A DNA stretch of 64,000 nt from Candidatus Nomurabacteria bacterium (GTDB lineage Bacteria > Patescibacteriota > Minisyncoccia > Phycocordibacterales > UBA9973), in assembly GCA_026395955.1 (NCBI GenBank), contig JAPLXR010000004.1, positions 3,883-67,882 of the forward strand. Direction: 5' to 3'. A program made the position numbers and the translations under genes. Position 1 is the first letter of the stretch; each line of letters begins with the position of its first letter. The notes below the pieces were generated by a model, which saw only the letters and a list, made by a program, of their open reading frames with translations, was not told where the DNA came from and did not search any database. Below, piece after piece: positions 39,174-49,800 of this stretch.

Positions 39174-39211
39174 TTTTTAAAATGTCGTACAAAAGTACGG
39201 CATTTTTATTT

Positions 39212-39847
39212 TTACGAATGGAATAAATCGTAGTCTTTTTTGAAGAAATATTTATTTAAATTATAAATAGAATATGTTATGTAAAAAGCAGAAAGTACAT
39301 CGATAGTGTAATGTAAATGTCCCATCAGAACTATAGCTCCAAAGAAAACAGACATAGCTAAAAAGAAATATCTCACATACTCTTGCTTCCAATAAATAAG
39401 GGCCATAAGAAATGGTAGCCCTGTATGCCCAGAAAAAAACAAATCACCAGAAAAAATAAAATGGTTTAAAAAATTAGTAGAAGCAATAGCTATCTGTGAA
39501 GGAAAAGGTGCAATATGAGTAAGACTAACAAAAACAGATCGAGTAAGTACAAAAAATGAAATTGATTTCAATATAAAAGGAATTTTTTTAGGTTCATACA
39601 AACAAAAAAGTGTAATAATAATAAAAATCATAAAACCTCCATATATAAACAAACCATCAACATCAAAAGTACGAAGGTTGCTAAGTATTACATCTGTAAC
39701 AGAATTACTTGCTCTCTCTGTCGCATATATACCAGCATAGAAATTTATAAACATACTGCCAACAAGCATAAGAAGCCCAAAAAATATTTCTGTCAGAAAT
39801 ATTTTATTTGTAAAATTACTTTTATATGAAGTTAATATTTTATCCAT
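39212..39847 (-). CDS. Sphingomyelin-synthase/PAP2-like membrane phosphotransferase
   Basis: GDLFFSGHT and HYTIDV motifs; about six TMs. Confidence 0.75.
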   Translation of the reverse strand: MDKILTSYKSNFTNKIFLTEIFFGLLMLVGSMFINFYAGIYATERASNSVTDVILSNLRTFDVDGLFIYGGFMIFIIITLFCLYEPKKIPFILKSISFFVLTRSVFVSLTHIAPFPSQIAIASTNFLNHFIFSGDLFFSGHTGLPFLMALIYWKQEYVRYFFLAMSVFFGAIVLMGHLHYTIDVLSAFYITYSIYNLNKYFFKKDYDLFHS

Positions 39848-39872
39848 ATTTTTATTATATCAATTTAAATAA

Positions 39873-40586
39873 CTAACGTATATCTTTATATTCTTTTGAA
39901 GCAGGTTTACCTCTAAAAGAAACTGAAAAGAAGTTTAATATATACAAAATTGCAGTCTTTCCTGTTCCTTGACCCTTGAAACGCCTAGCAGAAGTATACA
40001 TAGGTAAATTTGGTATAAATTTAACTTTACCAACCTTGCTCAATCTCTTCGCTATATCTGTGTCTTCTCCATAAAAAGTGATACTTTTATCAAAGCCACT
40101 TATTTTTTCTAAAGCATCTTTTTTTGCTATAAAATTACCACCCACAACCATATAACCCGTAATCAATGAAGTAGGATAAGCAAAAAGATTCCAATACAAC
40201 CAAACTGAAAAACTTTTTAATGGTTTAACATCATGATAAATATATGGACCACTAATACAAACAAAGTGTGGATTTTTAGAAAAAGATTTCAAAACTTTTT
40301 TACCCCAATCTTTTGGCATCTTTGTATCAGCATCAATATAGGCTATCAAATCTCCTGTAGCAGATTCGAGGCCTTTCTGTCGAGCACTAGTTAAACCTTT
40401 TTGAGCTTCATGAATAACTTTTACTCCTTTGAATTTTTCTGCAACTTCCCTAGTCTTATCTGTACTAGCATTATCTATCACGATTATTTCATAAAAAAAA
40501 TCAGGTGCATTTTTAAATACACTTTCTAAACAAATGCCAATATATTTTTCTTCATTATATGCTGGAATAACTAAACTAATTTTCAT
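39873..40586 (-). CDS. Glycosyltransferase family 2
   Basis: VIPAYNEE, DNASTD, IDAD, GEDTD, TSARRF. Confidence 0.9.
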   Translation of the reverse strand: MKISLVIPAYNEEKYIGICLESVFKNAPDFFYEIIVIDNASTDKTREVAEKFKGVKVIHEAQKGLTSARQKGLESATGDLIAYIDADTKMPKDWGKKVLKSFSKNPHFVCISGPYIYHDVKPLKSFSVWLYWNLFAYPTSLITGYMVVGGNFIAKKDALEKISGFDKSITFYGEDTDIAKRLSKVGKVKFIPNLPMYTSARRFKGQGTGKTAILYILNFFSVSFRGKPASKEYKDIR

Positions 40587-40590
40587 ATTT

Positions 40591-41337
40591 TCATCGAATT
40601 ACTTTATATACAAAACGTTTCTTTAAGAAATTTGGTAACAGTGGTGGAATATTCCAATAAATAAATAATTTCCACCAACCAAATTTTTCAAATCTTCTAG
40701 TAGAAGTATAAACTTCATTAGTATCTAAGAAAAAGAATTTTCCAAATTTTTGTGCATCTTTGAGAAATTTCAAATCTTCACCCATGTCTAAATCTTCATT
40801 AAAACGTACACGATCCAAAAGACTACTTTTTATTATCTGTATTGCGTATGAAGTTTTCGTGAATTTGTGACCTATATCATAAAAACGAAACCAATGCTGT
40901 GCTTTTTTACTAAAAGGTATTGGGTTTATTTGTGTTGTTCCAACTGAATAAATATTATTAATATCTTTAATTAAAAGATTATTTAAATTATTTAAAAAGT
41001 ATTTTTCTAAAATAGTATCTGCATCTAGAAAAATAGTCCATTCACTTTTTGGACTAATTTTTTCTATCCCTAGATTTTTAGCTGGTGAGACTCCTTTTTT
41101 AGGAGAAGTAAAAATATGAGTATTCTCACTTTCAAACTTTTTAGCAATATTATATGTATCATCCTTGGAACCATTTTCTATTACGATGACTTCATATAAA
41201 TCTTTTGGATATTCTAGTAATCCTATCTTTTTTAAAGTATGTGCTATATACAAAGCTTCATTGTGAGCAGGTATAACTATAGAAAAAAACAGCTTCTTAT
41301 CCCCTCCTATTTTAGTGAATATTTTACTTTCCATCAT
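40591..41337 (-). CDS. Glycosyltransferase family 2
   Basis: VIPAHNE, FLDAD, GEDL, TSTRRF; start at ATG 41337 or 41334. Confidence 0.88.
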   Translation of the reverse strand: MMESKIFTKIGGDKKLFFSIVIPAHNEALYIAHTLKKIGLLEYPKDLYEVIVIENGSKDDTYNIAKKFESENTHIFTSPKKGVSPAKNLGIEKISPKSEWTIFLDADTILEKYFLNNLNNLLIKDINNIYSVGTTQINPIPFSKKAQHWFRFYDIGHKFTKTSYAIQIIKSSLLDRVRFNEDLDMGEDLKFLKDAQKFGKFFFLDTNEVYTSTRRFEKFGWWKLFIYWNIPPLLPNFLKKRFVYKVIR

Positions 41338-41356
41338 ATAACTGTACCACAAAAAA

Positions 41357-43699
41357 TTAATTTTTAATAAAATATCTCTTCATCAAGAAATACTGTAATA
41401 GTCCAAAAATAGACAAGATTACGAGTGATTCGAGTACATAGTTAATAGATGGGAAAGGAGTAGTAATATTAAAGAAGTTAATTAATACTGGAATCTTAGT
41501 CAAAATAAAAATCAAAACTATTTCAATAAAAGCTAAAATAAATAAATGAGATTTTTCTTTTCTAGTCAAAGAAGAAGAATAAACATTTGGAGCTAAAGCT
41601 AAGAATGTAAAACCAGAAACAATAAAACCTAAGATTGCTAAAGTATTAGGTTGTATATTTTTCAAATACTCTGGACTGATAAAAAATACTAGAGCGATAG
41701 AGATAGATTCAACTATCGCACAACACAAAACGAAAGGAAGTATCTGACCCAAAAATGTTTTTTCATTTGAAGGTGGAGTTTTTCTAGATGGTTGTATCGC
41801 CCAGAGACCAATAACTAATCCCGGAATCCCAACAGTAAAATAATTTATCAAAGTTATATTTAGCGGTGTGAGAGTAAAAGCATATCCAAATATTGAAATA
41901 ATTGTAAAGAAAAATAATCCGATTAAACTTTGATTTATAAAAACCCCAGCATTCATCTCTATACTACGAATAAAGTTGTCTGCGAGCTCTACAGCCCCTG
42001 GTAAGTCAGTAAAAGTACTATTCATCAAAACTACACCGGCGAGCTGACGAGTCACTGGAGCGCCATCAAACATCGCTACACCTAGGTCCGCACGTTTGAT
42101 AGCTAAAGCATCATTCACCCCATCCCCCACCATCGCAGTAAAACCGTCTTTTTTAAAAGCTTCAATAAGTTTTAATTTTTGTTCAGGTAAAATTTGAGCA
42201 AAGACAGTATAGTCGTGAACTTTCTTTTTGTAATCTTCATCAGTCCATTTTGAAACTTCGTCCCCTGAAATAACTACATCACTATTTTTTATTCCGACAG
42301 ACGTTGTAACAGCTCGCACAGTATCTACGTTATCTCCTGAAATAATTCTTATTTTTATTCCGCGATCTTGGAAGAAACTAATTGCTTCTTTTACTCCAGC
42401 ACGCAAAGTATTAATAAAGACAAAAACAGATACAACAGAAAGTTTTGTTTTTGAAAGCTCACGAGGTAAAGATGATTCTTCTGAACGCACAACGCACAAA
42501 ATTCTTTTTCCTGTATGTGCATTTTTTTGCAAAACATCTTCCAACCATTTTTTCTCAACAGGATTCACTATTTGTGGTAAAAAAACACTTGCAGTACCCA
42601 CGAATACAGTGCCTTTGCCGAGCTTATCATTTATAACTACTGCACCATATTGTCTCCAAGAAGAAAACGGTAAAGCATCATTGGCTTCACTCTCTTTTAC
42701 TTTTTCTTCTCCTATATATTTTTCTATAGCTGAAATAGTCTGAGAGGAATCACCTGATCCATTTATATATAGAGAAGTTAAATCAAAAACTACTTCTTTG
42801 GAAATACTTTCTGGCATAAAAACATCTTCAACAACGAGAATATTGTCAGTCAAAGTTCCTGTCTTGTCCATGCAAAGATTTTTTATTCTACCGAGTTTTT
42901 CTGTCGCATTTATTTCTTGGAATAAAACATTATGTTTTGAATAACTACTTGCTCCAATAGTGAAAAGCAATGTTGTAATAACCATCAAACCTTGAGGTAC
43001 GATAATACTAGCCAAGGCACCAATATGCATTACGATATTTACATACGCTTCATGAAAAAAATATCCACGAGCAATAACAAAAATAATACTAGCAATAAGT
43101 ATAAAGCCGGAATATTTTATAACCGTATTTATAGATCTCTGAATAGAGCTAGGATTCAAAGCGTACTTTTTTGCATCTTCAGTAATTCTAGAAATTCTAC
43201 TTTCTTTGAAAATATTTTCTACTTGTAAAATTGCATTACCGGAAGTAATAATACATCCGGCTACTAATTTATCATTTTCTTTTTTAGGAAAAGAATCAGA
43301 CTCCCCTGTGAGTAATGCTTCAGATATTTCTAAATTAATAGCAGAAATTAAAACACCATCACAAGGAACTTGATCACCTAATTTTAATTTTATTTTATCT
43401 CCAACGATTAATTTTTCAGCCAAAACATCTTCTTCGTTATTGTCTTTATTCAAACGTATAGCATGAAGTGCTGTTAGCATTTGTAAACGTTCGAGCATGA
43501 ACCGAGCACGAATGTCTTGGATAACACCGAGTAAAATATTTATTATGAATACTGCACCAATAAAAATAGAAGCTTGTTTGTTACCAAAAACATAAAGTAA
43601 AATAACAACAGCAAAAATAATACCGTTAACCAAGATTACAGTATTACGAAAGAGTATAGGAAGAACGCTAGGTAATACTCTTTTATATAATTCAAACAT
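41357..43699 (-). CDS. P-type ATPase (CtpE-like)
   Basis: TGES, DKTGT, SGDN, MVGDGVND; true start is ATG 43699 because the track's longer start runs through the tRNA. Confidence 0.9.
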   Translation of the reverse strand: MFELYKRVLPSVLPILFRNTVILVNGIIFAVVILLYVFGNKQASIFIGAVFIINILLGVIQDIRARFMLERLQMLTALHAIRLNKDNNEEDVLAEKLIVGDKIKLKLGDQVPCDGVLISAINLEISEALLTGESDSFPKKENDKLVAGCIITSGNAILQVENIFKESRISRITEDAKKYALNPSSIQRSINTVIKYSGFILIASIIFVIARGYFFHEAYVNIVMHIGALASIIVPQGLMVITTLLFTIGASSYSKHNVLFQEINATEKLGRIKNLCMDKTGTLTDNILVVEDVFMPESISKEVVFDLTSLYINGSGDSSQTISAIEKYIGEEKVKESEANDALPFSSWRQYGAVVINDKLGKGTVFVGTASVFLPQIVNPVEKKWLEDVLQKNAHTGKRILCVVRSEESSLPRELSKTKLSVVSVFVFINTLRAGVKEAISFFQDRGIKIRIISGDNVDTVRAVTTSVGIKNSDVVISGDEVSKWTDEDYKKKVHDYTVFAQILPEQKLKLIEAFKKDGFTAMVGDGVNDALAIKRADLGVAMFDGAPVTRQLAGVVLMNSTFTDLPGAVELADNFIRSIEMNAGVFINQSLIGLFFFTIISIFGYAFTLTPLNITLINYFTVGIPGLVIGLWAIQPSRKTPPSNEKTFLGQILPFVLCCAIVESISIALVFFISPEYLKNIQPNTLAILGFIVSGFTFLALAPNVYSSSLTRKEKSHLFILAFIEIVLIFILTKIPVLINFFNITTPFPSINYVLESLVILSIFGLLQYFLMKRYFIKN

Positions 43700-43700
43700 G

Positions 43701-43774
43701 TCCACCCTCATGGATTCGAACCATGGACCCCAGAGGTATAAGCTCTGTGCTCTAACCAACTGAGCTAAGGGTGG
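43701..43774 (-). tRNA. tRNA-Ile (anticodon UAU)
   Basis: Cloverleaf: acceptor CCACCCT/AGGGTGG, D-arm GCTC/GAGC, anticodon arm CAGAG-CTTATAC-CTCTG, T-arm CATGG-TTCGAAT-CCATG, A73; CCA not encoded; promoter TTGATT-17-TAAGAT at 43818-43846. Confidence 0.93.
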
Positions 43775-43848
43775 AGATTGATTTTTCCTTTTTCAAGAAA
43801 AAATCAAGGTTATTTTTATCTTATCTAATTAGTGCAATTTAATCAATA

Positions 43849-45777
43849 CTAACTAATTTTATTTTCAATATCTTTCTTCTTTGGTAAAATTCCATTCGCT
43901 ATTATTATCTTTTCGTAATCAGCTTGTTCAAGTGTTTCTACATCTATCAAAGCATTCGCAATAGCATCGAGGGCTTTTCTGTGATCAGTGAGAACTTTTT
44001 CTGCAGACTTTATTCCGTCTGTGACTATTCTTTTTACTTCACTATCTATCTTACCAGCAACTTCTTCTGAATAATCTTTTTCACTTCCACCTCCCCATTT
44101 TTGATTTCCACTATCTTCTGCAAAAACTACAGGGCCAACGAGGTCACTCATTCCCCATCTTGTAACCATAGCGCGAGCAAGGCGTGTCGCGACTTGTAAA
44201 TCAGATGATGGTCCTGTAGTAATATCTCCAAAAATCATTTTCTCTGCGACATAGCCACCCATAGACATAGCAATATCATCTATAAATTCTTTTCGACTTT
44301 GTAGTTTTCTATCTTCTAGTGGAAGCTTGAGCGTGTATCCTCCAGCACTACCACGAGCAACAATAGAAACTTTGTGAACTGGATCAGCATAAGGCAGGAC
44401 TGATGCCACAAGTGCATGGCCTGCTTCATGATATGCAGTAATTTCTTTTTCTTTTTTAGAAAGCAAATGACTCTTTCTCTCAGGACCGAGCATTACTTTT
44501 TCTATCGCACGAATCAAATCAAATTGAAAAACTTTTTTACGAGCTTCACGAGCAGCGAGAATCGCACCTTCGTTCATAAGTGAATATAGGTCTGCTCCAG
44601 AAAATCCTGGTGTTCTTTCTGCTATTACAGTAAAGTTTACATCTTCGGCAAGAGGCTTTTTAATTGCATGAATTCTCAAAATTTCTTCACGGTCTGCACG
44701 GTCAGGAAGATCGAGCATAACACGACGATCAAAACGTCCCGGGCGAAGAAGTGCAGGATCGAGAACATCTGGGCGATTTGTCGCAGCCATTACGATAACT
44801 TTTTCATTTGGTTCAAAGCCATCCATTTCTACGAGAATTTGGTTTAGTGTTTGCTCACGTTCATCATTACCTCCACCATAACCACCACCACGTACGCGTC
44901 CGACTGCATCTATCTCATCTACGAAAATAATTGCAGGAGCTGCTTTCTTTGCCATTTTGAAAAGATCACGCACACGAGACGCTCCCACACCGACAAACAT
45001 TTCTACGAATTCAGAACCAGACAAATGAAAAAATGGAACACCTGCTTCCCCTGCTACTGCACGAGCGAGCAATGTCTTTCCTGTTCCAGGTGCACCGTTA
45101 AGCATTACACCTTTTGGAATTCGTGCACCAATGTCTAGAAACTTTTTTGGTTCTTTTAAGAAATCTACAATTTCAGAAAGTTCTTGTTTAGCTTCTTTGT
45201 TTCCTGCCACATCTTTGAAAGTAACTTTATTATTTTTATCATTCGGATCTGTGATACGAGCCTTTGATTGTCCAAATGTAAATGCCTGCATTCCAGCACC
45301 CTTTACACTACGAGATAAATACCAAAAGAAAAATACTATTAGAAGAATAGGCAAAGCAAAAGGTAAAATATTCATGAGCCAATATCCGAAACCACTTTCG
45401 TCTTTAACTTGGATATTTGTTTTTGCTAATGCATCAGCTTTTACACCGTAATTAAATAATGTTTGAGATAGTGAAGCTTCAACTTCTTTCTTGGCTTCTT
45501 TCACATCTCCATTTACATATGAAATAGTTAAAGTTTCTCCTGCTACATCGATACTTTTAACTTCTCCGTTTTGCACACTTTTCGCTAAGTCAGATATAGA
45601 AACTTGAGGTGTCTCTTTGATGCTTCCAGAAATGGCCAAATACAGAGCGGTAATAATCATAAAAACCAATACCATTCCTGCTATATTCTTTGAAAAACTA
45701 CTACCCTCTTTTCCTTCCTTGCCCTTCTTTGGGTCTTTATTTTCTTTATTATTTTGATTTAAAAAATTGAAATTCAT
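43849..45777 (-). CDS. ftsH: ATP-dependent zinc metalloprotease FtsH
   Basis: Two TMs, [20 protein letters not shown]; start moved to MNFNF at 45777. Confidence 0.97.
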   Translation of the reverse strand: MNFNFLNQNNKENKDPKKGKEGKEGSSFSKNIAGMVLVFMIITALYLAISGSIKETPQVSISDLAKSVQNGEVKSIDVAGETLTISYVNGDVKEAKKEVEASLSQTLFNYGVKADALAKTNIQVKDESGFGYWLMNILPFALPILLIVFFFWYLSRSVKGAGMQAFTFGQSKARITDPNDKNNKVTFKDVAGNKEAKQELSEIVDFLKEPKKFLDIGARIPKGVMLNGAPGTGKTLLARAVAGEAGVPFFHLSGSEFVEMFVGVGASRVRDLFKMAKKAAPAIIFVDEIDAVGRVRGGGYGGGNDEREQTLNQILVEMDGFEPNEKVIVMAATNRPDVLDPALLRPGRFDRRVMLDLPDRADREEILRIHAIKKPLAEDVNFTVIAERTPGFSGADLYSLMNEGAILAAREARKKVFQFDLIRAIEKVMLGPERKSHLLSKKEKEITAYHEAGHALVASVLPYADPVHKVSIVARGSAGGYTLKLPLEDRKLQSRKEFIDDIAMSMGGYVAEKMIFGDITTGPSSDLQVATRLARAMVTRWGMSDLVGPVVFAEDSGNQKWGGGSEKDYSEEVAGKIDSEVKRIVTDGIKSAEKVLTDHRKALDAIANALIDVETLEQADYEKIIIANGILPKKKDIENKIS

Positions 45778-45830
45778 AAGCAAAGAATAGCATGAAAAAC
45801 GGAAAAATAAAAATGTGCTAATATTAAAAC

Positions 45831-46274
45831 ATGGCGAATTATGCGGAAAATAGAAAGGCGCGTTTTGATTATGAAATCCTCGAGAAATACGAGGCTGGTA
45901 TTGAGCTTCTAGGAACAGAAGTAAAATCAGTCCGTGGTGGACGAATGTCACTGGAAGGGGCTTTTGTGATCGTGCGTGGATCTGAAGCATTTATTATCAA
46001 TGCGAATATTCCACCATATCAAGTTAAAAATACTCCGTCTTCTTATGACCCGCTTCGCAATAGAAAACTTCTTTTGACTCAAAAAGAAATTGCCGAGCTC
46101 GGTGGAAGTGAGAAAAATAAAAGTTTGACTATAGTACCACTTTCAGTGTATAATAAAGGTTCCAAAATTAAAGTAAATATTGCTTTGGTTAAAGGAAAAA
46201 AACAATTTGATAAACGCGAAACAACAAAAAAGCGTGAAACAGATCGTGAAGTTCGCAGAACTTTAAAAAATTAA
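45831..46274 (+). CDS. smpB: SsrA-binding protein
   Basis: NRKARFDY, GTEVKS, RKLLL, KGKKQFDKRE. Confidence 0.97.
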   Translation: MANYAENRKARFDYEILEKYEAGIELLGTEVKSVRGGRMSLEGAFVIVRGSEAFIINANIPPYQVKNTPSSYDPLRNRKLLLTQKEIAELGGSEKNKSLTIVPLSVYNKGSKIKVNIALVKGKKQFDKRETTKKRETDREVRRTLKN

Positions 46275-46283
46275 TAGGTTATA

Positions 46284-46328
46284 GACCCCCTCGCCCGATT
46301 ACGGGCACTCCCCCTTATTAAGGGGGAG
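46284..46328 (+). repeat. REP-like element, family A
   Basis: acccctcgcccg...ctcccccttattaagggggag. Confidence 0.6.
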
Positions 46329-46369
46329 ATTGATGGATAAAAAATTATTAATAATTTTTTACTGTATTT

Positions 46370-46776
46370 GGGGATGCAAGGCATAGACAAGAAGTATATT
46401 TGTTATTGATGCATGTCGAGCATGGACGCAATCTCGTAAAAATTCGTCTAAATGTTAATTGCAAAATTAGCTACTAAGGCAAAGGATGCACTTTCTCCAT
46501 ACTTCAGTATGAAGGATTTCGCTTTTGCTCCAGCACTCGCCTAACATAACTGGCCGGTCTGGTGTCTCCTCTATCGACTTCCGATAGATAGAAAGAGGCA
46601 TAATATTATCGGGATAGGAAAAATGAATGACTCGACTTTTTTCCAAAATAAAGGGAATCGATTAAAAAATATTTTGTTTACTTAATAGTTTTTTAATTTA
46701 AACAAATAAATAAACTACACATGTAGAATTCTTTACAAACACTTTTTGCACGGGAGTTCGATTCTCCCCATCTCCA
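46370..46776 (+). ncRNA. ssrA: tmRNA
   Basis: 5' GGGGATG pairs with 3' CATCTCC-A (G3.U70); T-arm GGGAG-TTCGATT-CTCCC; tag ORF 46461-46544 ending ALA*; directly after smpB. Confidence 0.93.
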
Positions 46777-46781
46777 CAATT

Positions 46782-46809
46782 TAAAAAATCCCCGAAAGGG
46801 GATTTTTTA
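46782..46809. terminator. Bidirectional terminator
   Basis: aaaaaatcccc-gaaa-ggggatttttt. Confidence 0.8.
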
Positions 46810-46816
46810 AATTTAA

Positions 46817-49800
46817 TTACTTATATCTAGTGGCAAAATTCATTACATCGTCTTCGTTGAGTCCAACTTTAGACATTTTTTCTTTTACCACCTTTTTCAT
46901 ATATTCTTCGGCTGTATCATTATCCTTTATAGTTTCCTTGTCTTTTTTACTTGGAGTAATAAATTCAAAATGAGCTGTTGGATACTTTAATTTCAATTCT
47001 TCTATCTTCTTTTTCAAACCAGCTACTTTTGCAGGGTCTGATTCAAAAATCATAAAAGCTTGTTTATTACGTCTAGGTAAGTCTTTTGCTTGTTCTATTT
47101 TACTGTCTATTTCCCTCTCCAATGTCTTTGGAGTATCTGTCATAATAGAGAAAATATTATTGATATTTTTATCAAAAGGAACTTCTTTTATTTCTTCTTG
47201 TTTTTGATTTTTCTTTTTATTCTTTTTCTCGAAAACACTATTTATACTGTCTAGACCATTATCTAATGCATCTAATCCTTTACCCATAGTATTCTCAACT
47301 TTATCTAATGCTTCATTAATTTTTTTCTTTATAGATTTCTTTTCTTTTTCTTCTTTAGCTTTCTTTTCAGCCTTTTTATCTTCTTTCTTTATTTCTTGTT
47401 TTTTAACTTCTTTTTGAACTACCACTTTTTTAATTTCTTGTTTTGGATTTTCTATTTTTTCTTCATCTTCAATTTCTTTTTTTAACTCAAATATCTTTGA
47501 ATTAATAGCTGCTTGAACTTTAGTATTTGTTGCGTTAGGAAGATAATCTTCTAATGTTTTCAAAAATTGAGCCCTTTCTTCTTGCTTAGATAATTTTTTA
47601 TCTTCTTTTGTTTCCACTTTTTCACCTGAAGATATTTTTACACCACTCAAATATGTCTCCATTTCATTACCGATAATTTGTAGTTCTTCTTTGTTGAACC
47701 TTGTAGGTTTTTCATCTTTTATGAAAGCCAATTCATTATATCTTTTCTTTCCATATTCAGACTTGAAACTTGATTCTTCAAGCATGATAATACCATGATG
47801 TGATTGAATTTCTTTGTTCAACATTTTTAAATCATCTTTCAATCCTCCGTATTCAGCTTCGGTAACTTCTTTTGAAAATTCTTTATTTTCTTTTAATGTA
47901 TTCTTATCTTCTTCTCCATAAAAACCGTCTGTCAAAATAACCTGTCCATCTGGAGATTTTTTATCTTTAATTTGTTCTTTTTTATTTTTATCTTCTTTTG
48001 CTTTTTTCCTAGCTGGTTCTAACGGATCACCAGGAACTACTGGAATAAATGGAGGAACTCTATAATCATATTTACCAGGAATAATGAAATTAGTTTTATG
48101 AATTTCATCAACAGCTCCAGTATAAGTACTAATATCTGAAAGTCCCTTTCCTTCCATTGTTCCTAAAATTTTAAATTTACCATCACCCAAGTCTTCGGCA
48201 ACTTCACCAAATCTTCCGTTGAATTGAGCATGACCATTTACTTTTGAGAAGAATAATTTTCCAAGTTCACTATTATGTTCAACATTTATTTTTCCATTTG
48301 CATCAACATCAACCCACATAGCATGGTTCTGAGTTCCTTCAGACATAGTAAAAAGCATTTTCAATTTTCCAGCTGCTAATAATTCTCTTGCATTCGCAGA
48401 GAGGTCTCCATGAAAAGATCCATCTGGTGTCATATGACCAACGTCTAAAACATAATCTCCATTTCCGTTTATACCTGTACCATTTTCTCCACTCCAATAT
48501 GTACGCAACTCATTTTGATCAAATTCTTTTGTATCATTGTCATACCACATTTTTCTTTCAATATTATGAAAGCCCTTTGGATGATCTTTTATATAATCAG
48601 CCGGATCACTATAGGTATGTTTTTCTAAATGACTAGCATAGTTAGTATCTACTTTTATATCTATTCCGTTTTTATGCAAAACATCAATTGCTTCTTTACT
48701 AAATGTTCCATCTCCATTCATTGTTAAATGATTTCCTATGACGTCTTTTCCATTCAATAAATTAAATGAGCCATCAGGATTATGAACTAAATTCATACCT
48801 TCTGGTAATTTCATAGTATTTGAACCCATTACAAATTCATGAACATTATTGCCAGAAAAATGTGAAGACATATCACTAGAAACATAATGCTTCAAATATG
48901 CGAGTCCTGTCATTTTTTCTACTCCACCCAAAGCTCCAGTAACATGGTCACCTTTTATATCATGGTAAACATCTTCTATAATTCCTGTTCTGTGAGTGAA
49001 ATGCACTGCAGCTTCTTGGGCTAATGTGCCAATAGTAAGACCAGTTATAAATCCTGTTAATGCGGCTTTATTACCCTTACTTCTTTTCATTTTATTGAAA
49101 GCACGATCTTTGACATCTATACCATGTTCTTTATCAGTAACTAAAGCATTTACTTGTGTATCTGTCATAGCAGAAATATAAGTATCAAAATTATATCCTT
49201 CTGGAATTTCCAATTTACCAGACTTACTCATCTTAATAAGTTCTGCTTTTAATTTAGATCTTTCTATATCTACTTTCCATCTCTCTTCGACAACTTTTGA
49301 AGGGTCGGAATAATGAATCATATCTATATGTTCTTTATCAGACAAACGAACACGTGCTTCTATTTGTGAAAAGTTAACCAGAATACTTTGTAATATTTCT
49401 GGAGTTATAGATTTGTCACCACTAGCAATCATTTCTTGAACTCTTTGGAATTCTTCTATAACAGCTGTAGCACCGATAGTATCTACACGGAAATTTTCCA
49501 TTTCTTTTCTATTTAAATCTTTTTCACCATAATCTAAACCTTTTGCCATATCACGATTATGATGAGTACGATTTTGAATCATTTCTCTTTGCTTGCGACT
49601 TTTTGCAATTATCCCAGAAATCAAAGCACTACCACCGAAAGTCATAAATTGAGCAGCTTTATTACTAGCGAGTTTAGATGAAAGACTTCTAGACAAACTT
49701 GTAGCCAAAGCTATCGCAGTCGCCACTGTTGTTTCATTTACAAATTGACCGATTTTTGTCTCAGAGATCTTTTCTGCCCATTTTTCTGAATGAGTAAATT

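Noticed and set aside
40591-40593. Alternative genetic code 25 (TGA = Gly)
   Set aside because: TGA ends the GT2 gene just before the next start, and conserved genes translate fully with code 11
43700-43759. N-terminal extension of the P-type ATPase in the ORF track
   Set aside because: It is the tRNA-Ile sequence read in frame; the real start is ATG 43699
45778-45990. 71-aa N-terminal extension of FtsH
   Set aside because: It overlaps smpB on the other strand; a -10 box and ATG at 45777 fit better
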